From: Mizuhopecten yessoensis
Taxonomy: Eukaryota
Length of the DNA stretch: 64,000 nt
Direction of reading: 5' to 3'
Assembly: GCF_002113885.1 (NCBI RefSeq)
Contig: NW_018404865.1
Location: forward strand, 382,255 to 446,254
Of this stretch, positions 48,401 through 59,537 are shown piece after piece (position 1 is the stretch's first letter; every line of letters begins with the position of its first letter). The translations under genes were made by a program, and so were the position numbers. Below the pieces are notes generated by a model that ran no database searches, was not told where the DNA came from, and saw only the letters and a list, made by a program, of their open reading frames with translations.

Positions 48401-51400
48401 ACACAATAAACAATCCTAACTCATGAGTTATCAATCACGATACATTTATGTAACCCGATGTCAAGTCGCTATGGCCGACCTGAAATCAAGTTTGATTATA
48501 AAAAAATCACGGAAAATGGAAGCATTACTTATCTCACATTAACATGTATTTAGAATAGGCAAATATGTTTAAATCAAAACTTACTGCTTTATCGTAAAAC
48601 TCGTGTGTTGACGATGTGCTATATTTGACGTTATGCCGTTGTGGTATATTTTGTTGCTGTTTGTTGACGTTGTGGTCTAATTTGTCATTTTTGATTACCC
48701 TGTATTACAAATAAGATTATTTTTATTTGTATTTGACCTCTAACAAATGAAATCAAATAAAACACAAAATAGCTCAAGGGGAATTTATTTATGGATAATT
48801 CACAATTTCGAACTTAAAAAAAATAACAATACAAAAAGCATCTGAAAGACACATGTCAATTAAGCGTATACATGTTTAATAATGTGTGACACAGGATGTA
48901 TGGATTATATCGCTTGAATATGAAAAAGTTAGTATCTTAATGTGTGTAGGAGTAAACATGATATCGTGCTGTACGGGGGTCAGACGTAATGGGCTAACAG
49001 TGTTACACCGGACGTTAGGGCTAACAGTGTTACACCGGACGTTATGGCTAACAGTGTTACACCGGACGTTAGGGCTAACATTGTTACACCGGACGTTAGG
49101 GCGACAAGTGTTACACCGGACGTTAGGGCTAACAGTGTTACACCGGACGTTAGGGCTAANNNNNNNNNNNNNNNNNNNNNNNNNNNNNNNNNNNNNNNNN
49201 NNNNNNNNNNNNNNNNNNNNNNNNNNNNNNNNNNNNNNNNNNNNNNNNNNNNNNNNNNNNNNNNNNNNNNNNNNNNNNNNNNNNNNNNNNNNNNNNNNNN
49301 NNNNNNNNNNNNNNNNNNNNNNNNNNNNNNNNNNNNNNNNNNNNNNNNNNNNNNNNNNNNNNNNNNNNNNNNNNNNNNNNNNNNNNNNNNNNNNNNNNNN
49401 NNNNNNNNNNNNNNNNNNNNNNNNNNNNNNNNNNNNNNNNNNNNNNNNNNNNNNNNNNNNNNNNNNNNNNNNGGAATGTTTCTGTCACGTGATCGAGGTT
49501 TGTGAGACATTCTGAAACATAATTTCCTCTGTGTTGCAGTTTTCGAGAACATTGTGATACACATTACCCTATGAGTAAAGGTAGCAATTTTAAATATGCA
49601 ATCATGATATGTACCACGGTTGAAATGTTAGTAGTTTATGGAACCCTACAAGTCATAACGTTCTTTTGTTTGCAAACATATTGTCGCTATTTGTAAAATT
49701 TCTAATCAAATGTATTAAATTAACATCTTATCAATTATTAAACCAAGTAACTTCAAGTAGAAGTTGATGTTAAATTCGCGTCAGAATTACCCCGCTAAAC
49801 TCTTACAACACCATTTAATTGTACACTTGTATTTTTATCGAGTTCTCAATACATACAAAACTTCGTATAATTCAACTCTATCATAAATTAATCACCCCGT
49901 CCTGAATTTATTATTTCGATATCTTAATTTGAAGTCCTTCACTATTGATTTAAAACATCGCTGACTAAAACAAACATGTTTTCTCAAAAACATTGATTGT
50001 TTATCAGTAATTTGCTGTCTTTCTTTCTGTATATCATATTGTGCATAACACGTTTTATCATATGAAAACCGTATTATGCAGTGTCATAAAGTCATCACAG
50101 GAATTGCGTTTATGTAACGCGTGTAATATCACTCCGTAAATGACATCACAATCGAAACAGAACAACCAATGTGACGTCAGGTCATTGTGAAGCAGACGCA
50201 ATTTTCATCGTTTCAGAGGCGGCCAAGTGCAACATATTCGTTTCAGATCATAAATATACGTTCAGTTTATTTTGTATTATATGATTAAAAGAATCTTTCA
50301 TTCGTTTCCCTTCATATTAGATTGATGATTACAAGTTTTGAATTTTTCATATTTGCTCGCCAGAGGCTCACAAACATGAACAATCCAAAACTTGTATCAT
50401 AAATCTAATATTAAGGGAAACGAATGACAGATCCTCTAAATGTGAAAATAACTCAAAACACGTCAGTGTGATTGTAAGTTATCTATTGTGTCACTTTCAG
50501 AAACCAAAACACAAGAAATTCACCTTTATCCTTTGTAGTGTAGGAGTGATGCCCATTTTGTGTCTGCAGTCTGCAGCAATTCAACGATTTCGTTATAGGT
50601 TTCATGGAGTTAAACGAAACGATCATAAGTCAGTTTCTACTATCGAAGAAAATATGGCAAAAAAATACTTTATATGAATGACATATATGAATAAGTTTTG
50701 TGAATCACAAATTGTGAAAAAAAGAAACTCCTTGTTTTGTTTATTTTTTTAATCGATCACCAGAATACATACACAGTATCATAATAAAACATAACGGAAA
50801 TGAAGGGCAGTTTTTATGCCATGTCATTGTGACCTTGTCAACAGAAGGTGTCCATTTCATTTCGAAGGCTATGACGTCACGACTAGGTCACTGAAGTGTC
50901 CGTTTTACAGGTCACATGATTCATTCACAACTCAATCCCTGATCAACATGAAACGTTCCAGTTTTTATTGATGACTACGCGATTGCATAGAGAGATATAA
51001 TAATGAAACGTTAAAGTAAAAACCACGAGATAATAAAAACAGAAATAGTTCACGTAGTGTATGACACTTGAAATATACCTATGAATGGATTGGTTTCTAT
51101 TGACGTTTCCGTGTCAATATACAAGAGAAATTTCAATTACTAAACAGCACAGTTTATTACAAGCTATACAGTCGCATACATATGATGATAATATGTACTT
51201 TTGCCAAATTATTACGTCCGGATTTTTTTTATAACTATAACATTTCCTTTAAGTACAAACGCTGGCTATTAGTACATGTATAAGATGGGCGAGAGATAAC
51301 AAACTGTGAATGCACCCAAACATATGTTAATTGAAGGTGAATACAAATAAATAGTTAATTATAACTGTACTATACAGCCGTTTCCTCCGTAGGTGATGCT

Positions 51401-54400
51401 AGGGGCCAAAAAGGTAAAAATCCAAATTGGTCTTAAAGATCTACTGTTGAAGTTAAAAGGGAGATAAATATACAGCATTTTGATAGAGCGTCCTATCTAG
51501 CTAACATAAGCCACTCTCAAGCGCTTTACAGTACATATATATACAATCTAATACAATGAATACAATTAGCATATACATTAATCAATACAATAAAGAGGAA
51601 TTCGCAGACAAACTCTTTAATACTTGTCGTCAATGTACAGAGCACTTGTTAACTTCAAATCAGTAATAACAAAAATATGTTCATTGTTAACCCCGACACA
51701 AGGAATATCCTTGATATCAATGTCACGGCAAGGTCACGGCAAGGTCACGGCAAAACATCGGGGACTAATACATCTACCAACACAGTCCAACTGTTTGTAT
51801 CTCGAAAGGTGTAACACAACACATAAAGGTGTAACACAACACATAAAGGTGTAACACAACACATAACTTCTAAGACTCGTTTCATAAAATCTCATATGAA
51901 ATGAAAACTCATTTAAGATCCTCTATATATGTTCATACATTCTTTATTCTGTAAAAAAAAACTCACCTACAACGTTTATATTAATTTTTCTTATCTGTAT
52001 CGTTTTCTGTGTATAAATATCACAAGGGGTGACGTGTCTAAAAAGACCATTGTATAAACAGATTAGTTTTTATGTGAAATATCATCTGTATATAACTATC
52101 ATTTGTCTGTATTGAAAAAGTATCTCTTTTAGAAAGACTACCCAAATATAAGGCAGTTTATCACTACATAATTTGGTTGAAATAACTCAAATGTTATTTG
52201 CTATATGATAAAATTCATGAACCACTTGCTGTCTTTTTCCTTTTGTGGTATACATGTTTAAGTTTATATTCAACTTTCTCTGTTAAAATAATATTTAACA
52301 ATCCCGTTTAAAATTCCAGTGTCAAGATAATGTTTATATTTGGATCACTCATCTTCACTAATGAATATTTAGTCATTGATTAATTAAGCGAGCAGGTGTT
52401 TCCTAACGTTAATTGTTAATAACTGATATAAAATCTATTCTGATCATGTGTATAATTCTAGTGCATAATGTTATGGTTTCTTCCTTGACTTTTGATTGAT
52501 ACAATATCATAAATTTTATATTTATATCTGTTCGATTGTACCTCAGATATGATTAAGAAATATGGAATTTGCTGATCATTAGTCTATAAATACAAAGTTA
52601 AACATCCGTTAAGGATATATTTGATTTCCTCATTTAATAAACATTACGACAATGAATGTCATTGTCTTGTGTCATGTTTCGATCTAGATCTTCCAGACGT
52701 TGACAAACATTGTGTATGTTGTAAGTTGGTTGTCTATGCATTCCTGCAAACAACTATCCCAGCATTACCTTTATAAAATAGCTTCTTGCATTATCAAAGT
52801 TTTGGAATAGAACTGAAATCATTATTTAAGCAAAAATATAAATAACAATAAAGTTGTTTCTATGCGAAAAAGTTTGTTAGGTTTGAATGCAGAGTGCTTT
52901 CCCTTTAGAGTGCTCTCCCGTCCGAGTTGTGATTACTCCTTAAACGGAGACTTTTTGCCATATTACCTCCAACGTACATCTTTTTATAGAGATTTATACC
53001 CTTCCTTCCTTTTTCAATTTTCTTTGACTTCTTTACCATGTACGTATTTGTCTCGCATTCATTTTTGTTATCACAATTTAATTTCATTTACCCTTCTGTC
53101 GCAAAATAAATAAGTTATGGATACATGTTTCCCTCTTTTATATGTAGGGGAATATGTATGAATAAATCGTTTATGTTAGTTTTCCTTACATTGTACTAAT
53201 CCGAACGCAACCCTAAAAAAAATTGAATATTTTTGAAATTGTCTGTTATGTTTTACTAGTAAAGAATAATTAAATCTGTGATTTTCTGTTCAAACGTGCA
53301 TAAAAAAAGTAAAAATGTCACTGAACTACTTATTGCCGGTCAAGTTAGACTGAGAGATCCAAAACGTTAGGCACATTATATATTCTAGTTTGCATGTAGG
53401 TGAAAATATATGGCAATATCTATCGGAAAATATTGATGATATGTTTTCAACAAAAATAACCAGGCAAGTTAAGAAAGTTTGTCTTGGGTGAATTTATAAA
53501 GGCAAATATAGAATATACATCCAAATAATTAAAATAATGTCTTTGCCTGTATGCCGTTATGCCTTTTTGCTTTTTTTTAAAATCAAATAACACGTATACA
53601 ACGTGTGTTAGTTTGGTAGGTTCAAGTGCCCATATTGGGTCATACTGTCGTTAGGAGTTCTAATATATCTTCCGGAGGCGAGGTAGCCTGGTGGTAGGGT
53701 GCCGGGTTCGTGACCGAAGGGTTGCGGGTGTGAGTCACGTCACGGCTCTGTGGTGTATCTTTGAGCAAGATATTTTACTCCAATTGTTCCAGTCTACTCA
53801 GTTGTATATGAGTACGTGGTTGGACAGTGCTAGAATTGTTGAATGCTAGCTGTGAGCGCCGAAATGGCCGCACCGGCTGTATGCTTCTCAGGGAGTTGAG
53901 AAATATATTAGGCGGTTGCAAAGGCCCTATAACAACGGATAATAACTTGTGAACTGCTTTGAGACGACCTACGACCTAGGCTGTGCTTAAGCGGTATATA
54001 AGAACCTCAAATTAGTAGTAGTAGTAGTATTTTGCGAAAGGTGTCGTTATATATGTCAAGTTTTACCTATCTGCTGTCGTTGCAGGTTTCGCCTCTGTCG
54101 ACTGCCAGTGGGGATTTGGACTCGGGAAAGGTGGTGACTTGGACTGGCTCGTGTCAAATATGGGAGAACTGGATAAGTTTGACCTAAGTCAGAATCGCGA
54201 TAAATCTGGTGGTATAGCTATCCCAAAACAACACCAGACACCAGGACGAATGGCAATAGGAAGGCGCTATGGACGTTTTATCCAGTCTGCCGATGACAGC
54301 AGTGAGCCAAGTGACAGCAGCAGCAGCAGCAGCGAAGAAATATCTGTCGGGAATGGTGATACTATATACAGTAGATTTCTAGAAAATAGACAAAACAATA

Positions 54401-57400
54401 ATAATGATGGATTGGACAATCAACAAGGCGGAGGAGAAGGATACAATAATGAAGGCGAGGAACATGTTTACAATGGTGAAACCGGAACTGAAAGTGAAAC
54501 TCAAACCGGCGATAATTGGAACTTCAATGATAACTCACAAAATCGACAGTCAGGATCAGAGCATTCCGCGTGGCACAGAAATGGAGGAAATGGAGAGGGA
54601 TCACAGTATAATGCACAGGAAATGCAGAGTAATCAAGGTGTTACCTACGATAAGCGTAGCCCGCAAGCTCATCCTGGTCAGCAAGGCCGAGCAGGCCAGG
54701 GAAGGCAGCAAAGTCAACAGGGTCAACGCGGAGGTCAAGGTCGGTCAGGTCAGCATAGATTTCGTAACTGGGCGGATTATCAGCGTCAACAAGAAAGGAA
54801 CAATCTAGGAGAAGAATACGAGCGTGAAGACGTGACACCAATAAATAACTCTAACGGAGGTCACGGGCAAAGTGGCTCACAGGGTCAAGGTCAAAACGAA
54901 GCTGAGGATAGAATGCCCCACGCTGGTAATCAATCTCCAGCATCAAATGGCTTTGCTTATGAAGCTATTGAACCAGAAGATAGAACAACTCCAGCTGTGA
55001 CCTCAAACAAGAAGACAACACCTTCACAACAGGAATATGAAGCAGAAGATGTCACAACAAGCGCTCCGGGTGGTTCAGTCACCAGTGGACGAGTTACCTT
55101 TCAACGGAGTACTACAGAGGAATATGAAATGGAAGGAAGCAGGCCAACAACGTCTGCTCCAAAGGCAAACAAAGAAAATTATAATACGTGGGAGAGTGGG
55201 ATGAACCCTAACGGAGGTAAACCCATTCGGACAGGACCGGGTGGCAGAGCACCAGGTCCCAACTCCCGTGGTAGATGGGTAAATATAGGCCAGATGCCTT
55301 ATCCACGAAAGGCAAATAATGCTGTAAAAAGAAATGAATGGAGTGCATATGCTAGCTCAGTGGATGGAAGTAGTCCAGGAAACGGAATTCAACCTCGGCA
55401 ATCATCGGTAGACGTTAACCCTAACAAGAGACAGCCGACTCCAAAACAAGGCAGGATTGCTGAACCGGTAAATAACAGGCAGACATTGTCAGGGAATGGA
55501 AACAGTCCAGGTCGACAAGGACTTACAGATACCTGGGTAGGGCCCGATCAGAATCCAAATCAGAAACCATCAGAGAATGCGGCGGTGGGTTCATGGTTGG
55601 ATACAGTGTCTAATACACAAATGAATCTACCTAGTCAACCAATGAAACCTAATCCGGCGAATAATAATCAACAGCCAAAACAGGAGCCATTAGTACGACC
55701 ATCAGACCGTATTCCTTCTCATGCTAGACCAGCGTTCCAAAGCGGTCGTCATCCTGCGTCCGTGAGACCCATGTTCCCTAATCGTCATAACCAAATAGCC
55801 AAACCAACCTCTCCTAACGGGCAGAGATTACCACCAGTGAAGTCTTCTTCTTTCCCTGCTACACGTAACAAGCCATCGACACCTACCAGATGGAGGCAAC
55901 AACCGATACGACCAGCACAACCAAGTGGAAGAAAGCCGGAACAAACGGCGCAGAGACCATCGTGGACAGGTGGTTCTCCAAACAATGTACGACAGTTACC
56001 TCAAGACGGCTGGATCGATCCACCAGTTTGGCAGGACAAGACGCCTAGGCAACCAATCCAAAAAACGAATACAAAACCTAAAAATCAACCATGGAATAGT
56101 GGTCGAATTAGTAACGTACCGGGACCGGTCCAACATCATCGTAAGCCTTTGGGAGGGCGGGACTTTCAAAGGAAACCATGGAACGGTAAAAACTTAAATA
56201 AGCCTAATAACCAGCCGAGGCAGCCAAAACATGTAATGAAGAAACCGGAAAATGATATACTCACTTCTACACAATCAACATGGAGAGGTGTTCCTGTGTC
56301 GCCAACACTGAATATTATTGACCCGAAATTTTCTGGTCAGATGCCTACACGTAGAGGTAAAAATCCACCAGCATGGACAAACCCGCCATCAGACTCAGCA
56401 GGTAGACATCCGGTTAATCGTGACAACATTCCAAATGAGAAACCATCGGGCTCTATTCCAAACCAAAGGGATCAACCAGTTGTCAACGACATCAACAAGA
56501 GTGTACAACCATCAAAACCTATTGACAGTGGTAAACACATGTACCCTAATGATATCTCTAAAAATCCATCCTGGGGAGGAGACATCATCAGTCCATTCAG
56601 TGGAGATTTTGTCACAGAGAAACCTATGGTAGGCGGTACCAAAGTCAGTAAGAGACCCGATACCGGTCAGGTGACAGTTGCATTGAAACTCCACGTTTCT
56701 GATGCTAGTGTGCCTAAGTTGCAAGTCAATGATTGGGGGAACACCCCTCAACGTGGGGACTTTGTCTACAAACCAAAACCGGCCACAGTACCACAGGGAC
56801 ATAAACCTAAGGGCAGCAGGAACACCAATAGGATAAATACCCCAGACCGCTTTCACGCCAACCCGGATAAGCCAACTTATCGAGACATAGAGACCAGCAC
56901 GTTCTCAGTCATTAATCCAAATTCAAAAACATCTCATACTGGTCCCGCCATTGTCCGACCTACAAAGAACAACAGACGCCCATTGAATCAGCAAAACAGA
57001 CGTCAACCACCTGTTAAACAAGAACCAGTAAAAAATAATAATGAACATCTCAAACAGATTAAGAATTTAATTAATAAACAACACCCGGCTACAGTAATTA
57101 AACAATTCATCGAAATGACGACGGCGAATAGCTTTGGCGTTTCTGGTACACAGGAACACAATAGTCTTATCACGAACATTGATGACACATTATCATCAGA
57201 TAACCCTCAGATTATTAACCTTCTCAGAGACATAGCACGGGCGAACAAACGAGCAGGTACCGGTCACCAACAGCAAGGGGTTCCACAGAACGATGTGATA
57301 GCTAAAATGTCGTCAACGGCAGTATTAGGTAATCGTCCTAAAACGTTAGATATGGCTTCAAGTCATGGAAGCATTGTCGACGGTGTTGACGCCGAGGCTC

Positions 57401-59498
57401 TTCTCAACAGTAATGCCAATCTACACGGCATCATAAACAGCAAGAACCCTGGATTATCGAAACCATCGGCTGCTAATTCCATATTAACTACAAGGTTAGA
57501 GAGTACAAAAAATAAGCCACCTTACCCAGGATTCCCTGCAGCAGGAAATGATGATGCAGTGAATTTCGGCGAGCTAAGCATGACAGTTAAACGTGTTAAT
57601 GGAGAGCCAAGACCGGTGGAAAATGTGGAGCTTGGCCAACTAAAGAATGTAAATGCGGGTCAAGGATCCAGTAAAAATGTGATCAATATTAAAAATGGCC
57701 GTACTATAGCCCCGGTTAATCCGACACCTGAATCAGTAACACCAAAGTCATGGTCGGAATATAACCCCGACCCATGGCAGAAGGGTGTTAACACCAAACC
57801 AAGCACACAATCAAATATTCCAGGCTCAGCAGCAGGAGGACAAAACGGGAACTACACAGCTTCAAGAGATAAAGGAGGTCGACAGAATGTATCGGGCACC
57901 ACAGAAAGACAACAGACCGCGCCAGTAGTTCAAAGACAGTTTCAAACAGTATTAACGGCACAAAGGAGGAGACAAGGAGGCGGCGGTGTCTGGAGAAGTG
58001 CTGCTGGTGGAGAAGGGGCCTGGAAGGTAGCGGCGAGGAACGAGGCCAGAGAGCTGGTCTTGGAGAAGGAGGGACATTGGAACTGTGAGTAATATGTGTG
58101 TCGTCTAAAATATGGTGTGGAAACGTACATTGCATGATTTTTATTGATTTTGCTGAACATTGCCCACAAATTCATTCATAAAGTGACAGACATATTTAAG
58201 CATAAAACTGTAAATCACTTAACTTCCCCGAATATCTATTATTGTGAATTTGTTTTTGAAAAAGTCATTAATAAAAATTGAATGGAAATTCAATTCATGA
58301 TTGATTCCTTCCATATGCTTTTGAAAAAAATAATTAATTAAATGCTCGATCAAATCTCGGAAACTGATAACGCATTATGAGTGGTTTACAGTTTAATAAG
58401 GTAGGTAATATATCAATCACTTTTAAATAGCCTTTTATCCACAGCACAATTGTTAATACATTTCTCCTATTTGGCTTTAATTAGGAGACTTTCCTTATGG
58501 GAGCAACACAAAATTTAAATGCGCTTTTGCCTTTTCATGTATTTACTAGCAATTGCGATCTGCATTTCAATTTATTTATGTTGCTTCTGAAAATGAACAT
58601 AATGAGAGTTTTCTTGCTTTTGAAATCGCAAGGCTAATGCGACCAGCGCACGCAAAGCAGGCACCAACCACAAGCGTTGCATAAGTTTAATAACTTCACC
58701 TATTAATACTTATCCTATAACTCTGCATGCATGCTCCCTCTAACCACCCACTCTCTCCCCTCCCCAGCGGTCAATATCACCACAATAGGCAAGAAGAGCA
58801 ACATATGTCCTGTCTATGACGTCACATATCAGGAGAACGCCGTTATCCTCTCCACCAGACACAGCACGTGCAAAATGTGAGTTAACGGCTACGCGCTAGT
58901 GTGTAGGTGAATAAAATCAATTGTATTATTTAGAGACGATTGGAGGTTTTTTTCAGGGATTATATTTGACGGACACAATTTAAATCCCATAGTCCAACTT
59001 CCGGTTTTGTGAGGTTTCCAAGTACCATGTGTAATGTTTCGATGTCTTTTCAGTTTCTGATGTTGTCCTTTCGTTTTAATGTCGTTTTAATTTCGAGTTC
59101 AAGTTTGATCTTCGTGCGTTGTTGACATTATAGGATATTTTGTAAAATAATTGCAAAACAAATGTAACCTTATACTAAACGACACAGAATGTGTAAAATC
59201 AGGTTAGTTATATGTAAAATAGCATAAAAGTGCATCCTAGTGGGATCACGAGTTACATAAAGTATGCAAAATGTGCATTCACTTAATTATTAGTGTAATA
59301 ATACAAACAGATGTTATACATCATAAGGTTGTTGTTAATATAATAATGAATGCAAATAAACTATTCGGTGCACTCGAGATTGATCGATTGTTTAATAAAA
59401 TGAATGTTTTTGATTTATATAAATGGAGGTTTATTGAATTACTGAGCGTCATTATAAGTGTAAAAACTAATATATCATATTCAAGTGTCAGTATATAC

Positions 59499-59537
<39 letters not shown>

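Noticed and set aside
48886-49564. ORFs spanning the N run
   Set aside because: Artefacts of the 27-bp repeat plus the assembly gap.
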